64,000 nt of DNA from Candidatus Woesebacteria bacterium (GTDB lineage: Bacteria > Patescibacteriota > Microgenomatia > UBA1400 > UBA12028): contig JBDTWD010000001.1 in NCBI GenBank assembly GCA_040006915.1, positions 162,229-226,228 of the forward strand, read 5' to 3'. Shown here piece after piece: positions 19,082-30,078 of this stretch. The first letter of the stretch is position 1; every line of letters starts with the position of its first letter. The notes beneath the pieces were generated by a model. The model saw nothing but the letters and a program-made list of their open reading frames with translations. It was not told where the DNA came from and searched no databases. Both the position numbers and the translations under genes were made by a program.

Positions 19082-21208
19082 TTATAGTCCGATACTCTCT
19101 GCTTTTTGTTGCATAGCTGCTAACACGACGGCAGCAAGTGTTTCCAAATCAATATGCAAATGTTCAATACCAGTAATAATCTCATCGCGGGTCGCTCCTT
19201 TGGCAAAAGATTTCTCCTTAAATTTCTTCATTACTCGTTCAATTGGAACAGTAGCTAGCTTCTTTTCTGGAGAGACTAAGGCACAGGCGACAATAATCCC
19301 AGTCATATGATCACATGCATAGAGAGACCATTCCATGAGCGTTTGTGGCTCACGTTGATCTTTTACGCGTTCGTAATTATGAGATCTGATACTATCGGAC
19401 CACGTATCAGCAACTCCAAGTTTCGTGAGTTCCTGCGAAAGCATAACAGTGTGTTGATCAAAAGCACTTTCCGTTTTTTCCCAATCAGCATCATGAAGTA
19501 ATCCTACTAATTCCCAGGATTCCTTGGTCTCACCAACTTCAGCTGCTCTCTCTTGTGAAAAGTAGCTCCACAGGCCACCCATGGCTGCTTCCACCGCATA
19601 CATATGTCCACGAAGTCCAGGATTTTGAACTAGAGACTCAAGTAAAGTTACAGCCTCATTTCTAGCAAGGCTAATCGCTTTACGTTCGGTTTGCTGAGCG
19701 ACTTGCTTTTTAGACTTGCTCTTTCCTCCCAACATAAGTTCTGTCATCCGCACTTGTTCTTCAGTGGGACGTAAGGTCGGGAAAGCAATTACTTCTTTGA
19801 TCGACCAAGTGTTGGTTAAAAACATCACCAAACGATCTATACCTATACCAATACCACCAAGTGGAGGCATTCCATACTCCATAGCTTCAATGAAATCTTC
19901 ATCTAATGGTTGGGCTTCATCATCGCCCTCGCGCATATTTTTTTGCTCATTCTCAAACCGGGCTCTCTGATCCAAAGCGTCTGTAATTTCACTCCATCCG
20001 TCGGCCATTTCCTTGGTTCCGACATACAGTTCGAAACGTTCAACAAAGCCATCTTTTGAACGGTGCGCCTTGGCCAAAGGGCTTACTTCCTTCGGATAAT
20101 CAATGATCCAGGTTGGGTTGACTAAATGTCCGGTAACTAACTTATCAAACAATGTAAAGATTGCTTTCCCACGAGTAAACGTTCCATTTACCTCTAAAGA
20201 GTGTTGGGTTAGAGCTGCTTGGAGTTCTGCATCACTTAAAGATAACACCTCAATATGAAGATATTTTTCAATTGCATCAGTCATGGTAATCCGAGGCCAC
20301 TTTCCAGAGAGATCGACTGTTGTGGCACCAACTGAGAGCTCCAAGTTTCCGTATAACTTTTCACACAGGTGCTTAAACAATCCTTCAGTCGTATCCATCA
20401 TGACAGAATAGTCAGCGTAGGCGTGATACCACTCAATCATCGTAAATTCAGGTTGATGCGTTTGATCAATACCTTCATTGCGAAAATTTCGAGCTATTTC
20501 AAACAAACGCTCATATCCACCGACTATGAGACGCTTTAAATACAATTCTGGAGCAATGCGTAAAAAGAAATCACTGTCTAAGGCATTCATGTGCGTACTA
20601 AACGGCTTGGCATTGGTGCCACCATACAGTGGTTGCAAAACAGGGGTTTCAACCTCTACAAACTGATGAACATCTTGTAAGTAGCGACGAATTTCCTTTT
20701 CGATTAAAAATCGGGCATCAATCACTTTCTTCACTTGAGGATCAATCAGTAAATCAAGGTACCGTTTGCGAAACCGTACTTCTTTATCTTCAATTCCCTG
20801 AAACGAAACCGGAACAGTACGAAGTGCCTTTGAAAGAACAGTAAGACTTGTGGCTTCAATGGTAATTTCCCCTGTTTTGGATTCAATCACCTTACCTGAT
20901 ACACCCAGAAAATCTGAAGGATCAACCAAGGTCACCAGTCTTTTATACCAGTCGGTTCCAACATTCTCTTCTTTGATCATCACTTGGATAGATCCGGAAT
21001 GATCGGTCAAGGTACAGAAGGTCACTTTTCCATGCTCTCTCTTACTCATGATACGACCGGCTGTGGTCACATCATCGCCCAACGATTCACGCGCAGCCGC
21101 AATCATGTGGGTTTTAGAAAAGCTATACGGATGGACGTTTATACCCTCAGCTTCAAGTTGAGAGCGCTTTTGCTTTTTAGCTAGGATTGTTTCATCAAGA
21201 CGTGACAT
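19082..21208 (-). CDS. lysS: Class II lysine--tRNA ligase fused to a C-terminal HD-superfamily domain
   Basis: OB fold, LRIAPELYLKRL, FRNEGID and YGMPPLGGIGIGIDRL; then about 200 extra aa with H...GLLHDADWE...H...SHN...ACDHMTG. Confidence 0.95.
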   Translation of the reverse strand: MSRLDETILAKKQKRSQLEAEGINVHPYSFSKTHMIAAARESLGDDVTTAGRIMSKREHGKVTFCTLTDHSGSIQVMIKEENVGTDWYKRLVTLVDPSDFLGVSGKVIESKTGEITIEATSLTVLSKALRTVPVSFQGIEDKEVRFRKRYLDLLIDPQVKKVIDARFLIEKEIRRYLQDVHQFVEVETPVLQPLYGGTNAKPFSTHMNALDSDFFLRIAPELYLKRLIVGGYERLFEIARNFRNEGIDQTHQPEFTMIEWYHAYADYSVMMDTTEGLFKHLCEKLYGNLELSVGATTVDLSGKWPRITMTDAIEKYLHIEVLSLSDAELQAALTQHSLEVNGTFTRGKAIFTLFDKLVTGHLVNPTWIIDYPKEVSPLAKAHRSKDGFVERFELYVGTKEMADGWSEITDALDQRARFENEQKNMREGDDEAQPLDEDFIEAMEYGMPPLGGIGIGIDRLVMFLTNTWSIKEVIAFPTLRPTEEQVRMTELMLGGKSKSKKQVAQQTERKAISLARNEAVTLLESLVQNPGLRGHMYAVEAAMGGLWSYFSQERAAEVGETKESWELVGLLHDADWEKTESAFDQHTVMLSQELTKLGVADTWSDSIRSHNYERVKDQREPQTLMEWSLYACDHMTGIIVACALVSPEKKLATVPIERVMKKFKEKSFAKGATRDEIITGIEHLHIDLETLAAVVLAAMQQKAESIGL

Positions 21209-21253
21209 AGGATTACTCTTATTATACGAGCTTATAGGGAAAAAGCCATGAAG

Positions 21254-21538
21254 CTATTGCCATTGCCCATTTCTGTACGAAGGCATAGTGTTTTCCGCGG
21301 TTAAATCCATTTGAAAATTTGCATTTCCAAGCGCTTGTTCAATAGGGCTCGAGAGCTGTGCAAAAAATCCAGGATTCACAGGAACACTATCACATGAGAA
21401 TAGTTGGACGGCAGCATATTCTTGTGCTCTCTGTATTTCAAATGAATGTCCAGATAAATTTCTCTCCCATTCTTCTTTAATTTGTTGAATCATGTCAGGT
21501 TGAAATGATTCTGGAAATGTTGCTTCAATTTTTGCCAT
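21254..21538 (-). CDS. Orphan hypothetical protein
   Basis: 94-aa ORF with AGGAG upstream, coupled to the preceding ORF. Confidence 0.6.
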   Translation of the reverse strand: MAKIEATFPESFQPDMIQQIKEEWERNLSGHSFEIQRAQEYAAVQLFSCDSVPVNPGFFAQLSSPIEQALGNANFQMDLTAENTMPSYRNGQWQ

Positions 21539-21540
21539 AG

Positions 21541-21756
21541 TTAACTCCTAAATGTATTTCCGATCAATGAATTACTATCACTTGGTCGAACGCCTGTAAG
21601 CGCTTTATACGCGTCTAAATTTACCTCCCAATCGTCATTCTCAAGTTCTTCGCCGACATTGACTCCAACCTGATCGCCATCGACATAGAGACGCGCGCTT
21701 TGTGATGCTTTATCCGAATCTAAAATACGTACGGGCTGAATAATTTCTCTGGCCAT
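21541..21756 (-). CDS. Orphan hypothetical protein
   Basis: 71-aa ORF with SD AAGGAG upstream. Confidence 0.65.
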   Translation of the reverse strand: MAREIIQPVRILDSDKASQSARLYVDGDQVGVNVGEELENDDWEVNLDAYKALTGVRPSDSNSLIGNTFRS

Positions 21757-21863
21757 AGAATCTCCTTTTTTAAATAGAATATGAAGTATATGGCAGAAGC
21801 TCTATTTTTGGAAAAAAACCATCATATGTTATAATTACGGCTTAATTGTAATAAATGATACAT

Positions 21864-22520
21864 ATGCGTACCGTTACACAAACCGTCCGCCAGATCTTGT
21901 TTGAATCAGAACTCCCGCTCGAGGCTATGCGTGAAGGGGTACTCAATTTCTCGGCCTATGCAGCCCAGATTCATCCGAAAGTGGAAGAACTGACTTGGAA
22001 GTCAGTGCGAATTGGAACCATCACTGTCGCCCTTACTCGCATTGCCAAGGAATTGGCTACGGTTGATCCAATTAGACCTCAAGTCACTATTGATGACTTA
22101 AAGATAAAGTATCCCTTGGTAGACATTAGCTTCGAAAAGACGGCAGTAGCTTTAGAGAAGCTTTCCACGATTGCTGGAATACTCGATAACGACGCTAAGA
22201 AAGTATTCGTGACTACCGAAGGGATGAGTGAGATTACGATTGTTGCATCTGCCAAGCTAGCACAGACTATTCAAACCCATTTTGGTATTCCTCCAAAAGC
22301 AACCTTTACTGATCTAGTGGGGGTTAGCGTGGGCTTCGATCCGAAGTATTTGGCAGTCGCCAATACCTTGTATGCACTCATCAGTGCTGTTGCCAGTAAA
22401 CGGATTAATATTATTGAGTTGATCTCAACCCATACCGAACTGATGTTCGTTATCCAGCAAGAAGATAGAGAAAAGTGTGTAGCAGCGTTGCAACAGCATT
22501 TCAGCCCATCTACATCTTAA
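21864..22520 (+). CDS. ACT-domain protein (aspartokinase regulatory-domain-like, non-catalytic)
   Basis: N-terminal GVLNFSAYA helical region; C-terminal ACT-like INIIELISTHTELMFVI; no kinase domain. Confidence 0.75.
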   Translation: MRTVTQTVRQILFESELPLEAMREGVLNFSAYAAQIHPKVEELTWKSVRIGTITVALTRIAKELATVDPIRPQVTIDDLKIKYPLVDISFEKTAVALEKLSTIAGILDNDAKKVFVTTEGMSEITIVASAKLAQTIQTHFGIPPKATFTDLVGVSVGFDPKYLAVANTLYALISAVASKRINIIELISTHTELMFVIQQEDREKCVAALQQHFSPSTS

Positions 22521-23025
22521 AGAATCGAACTTTTCCAACCTGTCTGGTTGGCTTTTGTCCGGGAACTTCGTGTACGTAACTTATAAACCAAGAGCCTTTT
22601 TTCATTTCTCGTTTGGCTTTGGCGTACAATTTTTTCATATGAATGATTGTAAAAAAGGTAAATACGACATCGGCTGACGACAGATTGGCAGACCAAATAT
22701 CTGCGTACTGGAGATGATAGCCATTAAAATGATCACGACGTAAGCGAAGCCAAGTTCGTAGAAAGCGAGTAAAGTCTAGTTCATAACCAATGATGGTCCG
22801 GGCGCCATGCTTGAATGCAGCTTGCATTACTTCTCCATTTCCAAAACCAAGATCTATGAAGACATCATCTTTATGAAGTACTTGTAGAGCCGTTTCGATC
22901 TCTTTTTTGGGCGTTGGAAGGTAATTACTCCCCTTATATACAAGGTAGGTAACAACCATCATGTATGCAACCACGGTAAGTAGGACTACCAATATCCCAA
23001 ATTGAAATAAGACGATCATGAACAT
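22510..23025 (+). other. Placeholder note: plus strand here is non-coding antisense to the methyltransferase gene
   Basis: No plus-strand ORF of 60 aa or more starts in this interval; see the minus-strand CDS. Confidence 0.1.
22510..23025 (-). CDS. Membrane-anchored class I SAM methyltransferase (FAM173/aKMT/DOT1-like)
   Basis: N-terminal TM, YLPTP, FIDLGFGNG, GYELD, ADVVFTF and EMKKGSWFISY. Confidence 0.8.
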   Translation of the reverse strand: MFMIVLFQFGILVVLLTVVAYMMVVTYLVYKGSNYLPTPKKEIETALQVLHKDDVFIDLGFGNGEVMQAAFKHGARTIIGYELDFTRFLRTWLRLRRDHFNGYHLQYADIWSANLSSADVVFTFFTIIHMKKLYAKAKREMKKGSWFISYVHEVPGQKPTRQVGKVRFFKM

Positions 23026-23028
23026 GAT

Positions 23029-23499
23029 TTAGGCAATCGCAGCTACTCGGTATTTAATCTTTCCAGCCGGAGCTTCGACTTCGACTTCTTCTCCTTCTTT
23101 GCGTCCAACTAACGCTTTACCGAGTGGTGAACTTTCAGAGATTTTCTTCTCCGAAGGGTTCGCTTCCCATTCACCGACGATTTGATAGATATGCTTAGCT
23201 TTGCCAATATGCACTGTAACTGTTGACCCAAGTCCAACAGTTGTACGACCTTTTTTGGTCTTAATCACTTTTGCTTTACTAACTAAAACTTCGAGTTCTG
23301 AAAGTCTTCCTTCCATGAAAGCCAAATCTTCCCTGGCAGCATGATATTCACTGTTTTCAGAAAGATCGCCAAAAGATCGAGCTGTGGCAACTCGCTCAAT
23401 AGCAACTGGGAGTTTGGTGGTTTTAATGTCTGTGAGTTCTGCAACTAAATCGTCGTATCCGTCTTGCGTGAGCACCACGTCATCTGTGATGGTGTTCAT
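23029..23499 (-). CDS. greA: Transcription elongation factor GreA
   Basis: ARSFGDLSENSEYHAA, ISESSPLGKALVG and VEAPAG; SD GGAGG. Confidence 0.97.
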   Translation of the reverse strand: MNTITDDVVLTQDGYDDLVAELTDIKTTKLPVAIERVATARSFGDLSENSEYHAAREDLAFMEGRLSELEVLVSKAKVIKTKKGRTTVGLGSTVTVHIGKAKHIYQIVGEWEANPSEKKISESSPLGKALVGRKEGEEVEVEAPAGKIKYRVAAIA

Positions 23500-23514
23500 A
23501 GGACCTCCCTAATT

Positions 23515-23590
23515 TCGAAATAGACCTCGCCGTGGCGAGGTCTTACAATTACATAAGTTGAAATTGTACAGCACTCAGGTGTCTTGTCTA
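23515..23590 (-). promoter_or_regulatory. greA promoter and leader attenuator hairpin
   Basis: TAGACA-16-TACAAT (23590-23563), then hairpin AGACCTCGC-cacg-GCGAGGTCT plus ATTT (23543-23522), ahead of the SD. Confidence 0.65.
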
Positions 23591-23617
23591 GGACCTGCTT
23601 TCGTTTATTAGAGGATG

Positions 23618-23761
23618 TTATTCTCTCGAGGGAAAATGAGATTTGGCGCTCAAAATGGCTTCATACCAAGATAATGTATGTCCACCTAGCTCTTTTGGCT
23701 CATCCGCAGCTTGAGAAGAGAGGCTTTTCCCCTGGGCAAGACTGATCTTTTTTTCTGACAT
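23618..23761 (-). CDS. Small orphan protein (47 aa) after atpC
   Basis: Manual ORF MSEKKISLAQGKSLSSQAADEPKELGGHTLSWYEAILSAKSHFPSRE with CTATG start, 20 nt after the atpC stop. Confidence 0.4.
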   Translation of the reverse strand: MSEKKISLAQGKSLSSQAADEPKELGGHTLSWYEAILSAKSHFPSRE

Positions 23762-23781
23762 AGAGACAGTAACTATCTTTG

Positions 23782-24195
23782 TTATACAGATTTGCGTCGT
23801 TTATTTGCGACCTTAAGCTCTAATATAGCGCGTCGGAGTTCTCCTTCCGCAATGCGCATTTCGGTTCCCGAGAGTTTTTCATTTTGTGTAGCTTCATATG
23901 CGCGTTTACGGGCTTCTTGGGCCTTTGCTTCATCAATATCTTCACTTCGAACGGCAGCGTCAGCCAGAACAATCACTTTACTTCCTGGCTCCACATTTAA
24001 GAATCCACCCGTAACTGCCAAGCTCTTTGCCTGTCCTTTTATACGGTATACAAATTCTGTATCAGAAAGTTTCGTCATTAAAGGAATATGTCCCGGAAGA
24101 ATTGTCACTTCACCAGTCGTCGTCATCGCTGTGATGGAGTCAACGTCTTCTGAGAGAAGTTCTTTTTCTTGGGTGACTATTGTTAAGTGCAACAT
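23782..24195 (-). CDS. atpC: ATP synthase F1 epsilon
   Basis: GEVTILPGHIPL, VTGGFL, VLADAAVRSEDID and a C-terminal helical hairpin. Confidence 0.95.
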   Translation of the reverse strand: MLHLTIVTQEKELLSEDVDSITAMTTTGEVTILPGHIPLMTKLSDTEFVYRIKGQAKSLAVTGGFLNVEPGSKVIVLADAAVRSEDIDEAKAQEARKRAYEATQNEKLSGTEMRIAEGELRRAILELKVANKRRKSV

Positions 24196-24197
24196 AC

Positions 24198-24494
24198 TTA
24201 ATTCATTCGTACTAATTCTATCAATATTTCCTTATTGTCATCATCGGCAACAATATTTTTACCGATATATTTACAAGTTTGGCATTTATATATTATTTGT
24301 GTTTTCCCTGACTTTAATTCTAAACCAATAGGTTCCATGATTCCGTGACACGAATTTTTGCGATCGCCTGGTTCGTTATCGACATGCAGGCTGGTTAGAC
24401 ACCAGTTACAGTGGTTCCTTGAACTCGTTGGATGCTTCTCTACGGTTCTTCCACACAGTACACAGATAAACGACTGGTTATTCTCGATAAACAT
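24198..24494 (-). CDS. RNHCP-domain zinc-ribbon protein
   Basis: FICVLCG, SRNHCNWCLTSLHVD, PGDR...CHGIMEP and CQTC. Confidence 0.88.
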   Translation of the reverse strand: MFIENNQSFICVLCGRTVEKHPTSSRNHCNWCLTSLHVDNEPGDRKNSCHGIMEPIGLELKSGKTQIIYKCQTCKYIGKNIVADDDNKEILIELVRMN

Positions 24495-24687
24495 TACGAC
24501 CTTCTCGTGATTCCATAGTTTGAGTATTCTCGATATCCATATTTAGGTTATCTAAAGCTATACGACCACCTCTATATTCTCTTCGTAGACGGGATCGCGC
24601 TCTAGCTTGGGCTCTTCCTCTTTTATCTCTTTTTTCAGATCTGGTAGAGAATAATTCAATTTCGATCTGGCCTAGTTCTTTTGTCAT
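24478..24687 (-). CDS. Orphan Arg-rich small protein inside the atp operon
   Basis: 69-aa ORF tightly packed between neighbours. Confidence 0.5.
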   Translation of the reverse strand: MTKELGQIEIELFSTRSEKRDKRGRAQARARSRLRREYRGGRIALDNLNMDIENTQTMESREGRNVYRE

Positions 24688-24695
24688 AATTTCAT

Positions 24696-24986
24696 TTAAG
24701 CTACGCTAATTTCAAATTCTCCCGCTTCAATTGTTCCATTTACCTCATCGTTTGTCATTCTCCTGGCAATAAAATCAATGACTGTTTGTGGCATAAATGC
24801 CGAAAGTGGGAACGAATAGTTTAAATTCTGCTCCCCCTTCGTTATGTCCAAAACGAGCGACGTGTTCAACGACGGATGTCTTGGAGATCGAACGAGACCA
24901 TCGATACGCAACTTTGCCTCCTCATCAGAGAAAACTCTAATCTGAATATTCATTCCAACCTGCATGTAATTCTCAATACGAATCAT
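24696..24986 (-). CDS. Orphan protein inside the atp operon
   Basis: Start reassigned to ATG 24986 (MIRIEN), 4 nt after the upstream stop; 96 aa. Confidence 0.6.
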   Translation of the reverse strand: MIRIENYMQVGMNIQIRVFSDEEAKLRIDGLVRSPRHPSLNTSLVLDITKGEQNLNYSFPLSAFMPQTVIDFIARRMTNDEVNGTIEAGEFEISVA

Positions 24987-24990
24987 ATCT

Positions 24991-25509
24991 TTATTCTCTT
25001 TTGTCCGTCTGGTTTCCACCGTTCCGGTTGACACCACGAGCAATAACTAACACAAGTTCAGCCACATTCTCGTCAGTAATCTCTGTTTCATTTGTAACCG
25101 GAAGAGTAAAACTTTCGGTGTCCGCCCAGTCTTCGATTAAACCAGCTCTTTTTTTATTGGTATTATATGTGTTCCACAGCACCTCTTTAAACTGTTCGGC
25201 AGCACTTCGATAAGAGTTAAGCTCTTCTCTGAGTGCTTCTAACTTACTACTATCGAGTGGAGAAATGTCAGTAGCTATAATTTCTGTGATTCTTTTTCGT
25301 AGCTTCGCGAGAATTTCAGGAATAATAGATGCTTCATCATGGTCTAACTCTTTGTGGGTCTGTTTAAATGCCCAGTCAGCAGAATCAATGTCATTTGGCG
25401 TCCATTTTACTGCCTCTGCCCAAATGCGCAGTTCAAAATCTAATTTGTCTGTTTCTGTTGGCTCAGGACGCTCGGCCTTTTCTCTTTTTCTTTCTTTTAC
25501 TGTTGCCAT
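24991..25509 (-). CDS. Orphan helical protein inside the atp operon
   Basis: 172-aa ORF starting 18 nt after the atpD stop. Confidence 0.7.
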   Translation of the reverse strand: MATVKERKREKAERPEPTETDKLDFELRIWAEAVKWTPNDIDSADWAFKQTHKELDHDEASIIPEILAKLRKRITEIIATDISPLDSSKLEALREELNSYRSAAEQFKEVLWNTYNTNKKRAGLIEDWADTESFTLPVTNETEITDENVAELVLVIARGVNRNGGNQTDKRE

Positions 25510-25527
25510 ATGATTTTACTTTCCAAT

Positions 25528-26931
<1,404 letters not shown>

Positions 26932-27816
26932 TTATTTCAAAGCTAGTGATGCGGTTGTAATATCCAATAATTCAGTCGTAATTGCTGCTTGTCTTGTCTT
27001 ATTATACTCGAGTCTCAATGATCCGACGATATCCTTTGCATTATCGCTGGCATTTTTCATCGAAACCATCCGAGCACTATGTTCGCTGGCCTTTGCCTCA
27101 AGCATAATTTGATAAAATCCGTTCTCGGTATAAAACGGCAACAAGAAATCCAAAATCTCTTTTGGATTGGGTTCAAAACTATACTCCTGTCTGGCTTTAA
27201 TTATCTCTGCCGATTGATGTGTCATATCCGGCTGTCTAATTTCCGATACCTTGATTGGCAATAATTTATTAACCTCTGGTTGCTGAAGAAGCGTACTCAC
27301 AAATTGCGCGTGGATCGTGCGTACACTACTAAACTCTCCAGTCAAAAACCCTTCCACGAACAAATGGGCAATGGGAAGCACATCTGAGAGTTTTAGCTTA
27401 TCTGGCAATCCTGTGAATTCAGCCACTAATGGAATATCCATTTTGAGTGCGAATTCACGAGCTTTTTTCCCTATCGCCACGATCTTGGGTGAGCGCATAG
27501 TACTCATTTCAGTCATAGAGGCTCGAAACAGATTTGAATTTAAACTTCCTGCTAACCCACGATCAGTAGAAACTAAAATGAGCAACTCAGGAGCAGTAGG
27601 GTTTGGAGTAGAAAGCAATGCATGCAAACTCGAGTCAGTGTTGGTTCCAATGGTGTGAAGCATTTCTAATAGTTTATGGGTATATGGACGAGAAGCTAGT
27701 GCTTGTTCTTGACTCCTTCGCATCTTTGAGGCCGCCACCATTTCCATTGCTTTAGTTATTTTAGCAATGTTCGTTGCAGATTTGATGCGGGATTTAATGA
27801 GTCGAGCTTGCGCCAT
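26932..27816 (-). CDS. atpG: ATP synthase F1 gamma
   Basis: ITKAMEMVAASK, TDRGLAG, ASEHSARM and RQAAITTEL. Confidence 0.98.
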   Translation of the reverse strand: MAQARLIKSRIKSATNIAKITKAMEMVAASKMRRSQEQALASRPYTHKLLEMLHTIGTNTDSSLHALLSTPNPTAPELLILVSTDRGLAGSLNSNLFRASMTEMSTMRSPKIVAIGKKAREFALKMDIPLVAEFTGLPDKLKLSDVLPIAHLFVEGFLTGEFSSVRTIHAQFVSTLLQQPEVNKLLPIKVSEIRQPDMTHQSAEIIKARQEYSFEPNPKEILDFLLPFYTENGFYQIMLEAKASEHSARMVSMKNASDNAKDIVGSLRLEYNKTRQAAITTELLDITTASLALK

Positions 27817-27845
27817 AGAAATAGCGACGAGTCGCTAATGAGTTT

Positions 27846-29345
27846 TTATACTTCCAACATGAGTTCTGAATGAATACCGTTGAATTTTGCGATCAAACTC
27901 TTAAGAGTGCTTTCAATTTCTGGCGTTAGTTTTTGCTCCTTTTTGATTGAACTGTACAGTTCGACTCCATCTATACTCATGAATTCTAAGAATTTTTGTT
28001 CCCAAGTGGTTACCGAATCTTTTTTCACTTGATCCAAAAGACCGCGGGTTCCGGCGTAAATAACTGCAATCTGTTCGGTTACATCCATAGGTTTATCCCA
28101 ACCTTGTTTCAAAAGCTCTGTAAGCCTTTGTCCACGGTCGATTCGGGCTTTGGTACTGGCATCCAAGTCTGAAGCAAATTGCGCAAACGCTTCAAGTTCT
28201 CGGAACTGAGCTAAATCAAGTTTCATTGATCCTGCCACTTGCTTCATGGCTTTAATTTGTGCACTCCCTCCGACACGAGACACTGAATTTCCAACGTTAA
28301 TAGCTGGTTTTGTTCCGGCGTTAAACAAAGCAGATTCTAAATAGATTTGTCCATCGGTAATAGAAATCACGTTCGTTGGAATATATGCAGAGATGTCGCC
28401 TGCTTGCGTTTCGATGATTGGGAGGGCAGTAATTGAACCTCCCCCATATTTTTCATCCAAGCGACAAGCTCTCTCAAGGAGACGACTGTGCAAGTAGAAA
28501 ACATCTCCTGGATACGCTTCACGGCCTGAAGGTCGGCGTAAAAGCAGTGAGACTTCACGGTAGGCAACGGCATGTTTGGACAAATCGTCGTAAATGATCA
28601 ATACATCTTTTCCTAGGCCCAAGAAGTATTCAGCAATTGCAGTTCCGGCATAAGGAGCCAAAAATTGCATAGCTGCTGGATCAGAAGCAGCTGCTGAAAC
28701 GATAACGGTGTACTCCATCGCTCCAAAACGCTCAAGCAGTGCTTCAGTTTGAGCCAAAAACGATTGTTTTTGGCCAATAGCGACGTACACACAAATACAG
28801 TCTTTACCCTTTTGATTAATCATCGTAGTCAAAGCTACTGCAGATTTACCAGTTCCTCGGTCGCCGATAATCAATTCACGCTGACCTCTACCAACTGGAA
28901 TCATGGCGTCAATTGCTTTAATACCAGTCTGTAATGGAACGGACACTGATTTTCGCTGAATTACTCCAGGTGCAATTTTTTCTAATGGTTCGTACTTTTT
29001 GATTTCAAATTGTGGTTTACCATCGATGGGGTAACCTAAAGAGTTAACCACTCGACCGATGATTGCTTCACTCACACCAACTGACAAGATACGCCCTGTG
29101 GTATGTACTTCCTGTCCAGCTGCCAATCCACTACTATCAGCCAACATAATGATACCGACTTCAGTTTTGGACAGGTTAAACGCTAGCCCTTCTTTTCCAT
29201 TCTCGAACATCACTACTTCACCCATCATGACATCATCCAAACCACTGACTTTGACGATTCCATCGCCTAAAGAGGTAATGAATCCAATTGATTCAACAGT
29301 TGGAGTAAAAGTGGTGGTTTTAATTTGATCAAAAAATGTTTTCAT
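27846..29345 (-). CDS. atpA: ATP synthase F1 alpha
   Basis: [17 protein letters not shown] and [21 protein letters not shown]. Confidence 0.99.
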   Translation of the reverse strand: MKTFFDQIKTTTFTPTVESIGFITSLGDGIVKVSGLDDVMMGEVVMFENGKEGLAFNLSKTEVGIIMLADSSGLAAGQEVHTTGRILSVGVSEAIIGRVVNSLGYPIDGKPQFEIKKYEPLEKIAPGVIQRKSVSVPLQTGIKAIDAMIPVGRGQRELIIGDRGTGKSAVALTTMINQKGKDCICVYVAIGQKQSFLAQTEALLERFGAMEYTVIVSAAASDPAAMQFLAPYAGTAIAEYFLGLGKDVLIIYDDLSKHAVAYREVSLLLRRPSGREAYPGDVFYLHSRLLERACRLDEKYGGGSITALPIIETQAGDISAYIPTNVISITDGQIYLESALFNAGTKPAINVGNSVSRVGGSAQIKAMKQVAGSMKLDLAQFRELEAFAQFASDLDASTKARIDRGQRLTELLKQGWDKPMDVTEQIAVIYAGTRGLLDQVKKDSVTTWEQKFLEFMSIDGVELYSSIKKEQKLTPEIESTLKSLIAKFNGIHSELMLEV

Positions 29346-29348
29346 AGC

Positions 29349-29585
29349 CTAAAAATCAGAGATATTATTAAAAATTTTGCTAGCTCGGTCTGGTTCAATT
29401 GTCTCTCTTTGTACATCCCGATATTTTTTTATCCACTCACCGAGTACTCGTAGATCAATATTTTGCGTGTCTATATCTTTTTTATTCGCCCAAACAATGC
29501 AAGCAGAGGCAATTAATCGTGGAACCTCTGTACCTCCACCCATTTCTTGAACATATTCCCTTGCGAGTTCATTTTCGTTGCTCAT
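29349..29585 (-). CDS. Orphan protein between atpH and atpA
   Basis: 78-aa ORF that ends 3 nt before atpA. Confidence 0.6.
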   Translation of the reverse strand: MSNENELAREYVQEMGGGTEVPRLIASACIVWANKKDIDTQNIDLRVLGEWIKKYRDVQRETIEPDRASKIFNNISDF

Positions 29586-29595
29586 AGATTTCCCT

Positions 29596-29805
29596 TTACA
29601 GCAGCTTCTTTCTCAGAGTATTTACTTTTCCGGCAAGAGATAAATCAATACGTTCTCCACCCATGGTAACGCGTAATCCGCCTAAAATATCTTTGTTTAT
29701 CTTATAGGAAAATGTAGCTCCCCCAATCTTTTTTGATAAGAGCTTCTCGATCTCTACTTGTTGATTTGTGTCGAGTTTGATAACGGATTCGATGGTAATA
29801 GTCAT
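29596..29805 (-). CDS. atpH: ATP synthase delta, C-terminal domain only
   Basis: INKDILGGLRVTMGGERIDLSL matches the delta/OSCP C-terminus; operon position fits; 69 aa. Confidence 0.88.
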   Translation of the reverse strand: MTITIESVIKLDTNQQVEIEKLLSKKIGGATFSYKINKDILGGLRVTMGGERIDLSLAGKVNTLRKKLL

Positions 29806-29810
29806 AGTGA

Positions 29811-30074
29811 TTATCTTTGTTCAGTTACGTGTGTAGTCTTCATATCAGCTTTATCGAGTAAGAGCAACGCTTCTCGAAGGTTACGAGATGCCTGTAGCAG
29901 AGCATTCGCATTCCGAATTTTTCCCGTTTCATACTCGTCTTTATTCTGATCGTCCTCCGCAGCGTTATACAATAAAGAATAATGTATATACATCGACAAC
30001 TTTGATCTTTGCCTCGAAGAAGTGCTTTCGTTTTCACTGATTTCCAGCAAAATTTTCTGAACCAATTCAGTCAT
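29811..30074 (-). CDS. Orphan protein between atpF and atpH
   Basis: 87-aa ORF with gaps of 4-5 nt on each side. Confidence 0.6.
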   Translation of the reverse strand: MTELVQKILLEISENESTSSRQRSKLSMYIHYSLLYNAAEDDQNKDEYETGKIRNANALLQASRNLREALLLLDKADMKTTHVTEQR

Positions 30075-30078
30075 ATTT

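Noticed and set aside
21209-21860. T-box upstream of lysS
   Set aside because: No UGGNACC antiterminator was found. lysS has a TATAAT 12 nt upstream instead.
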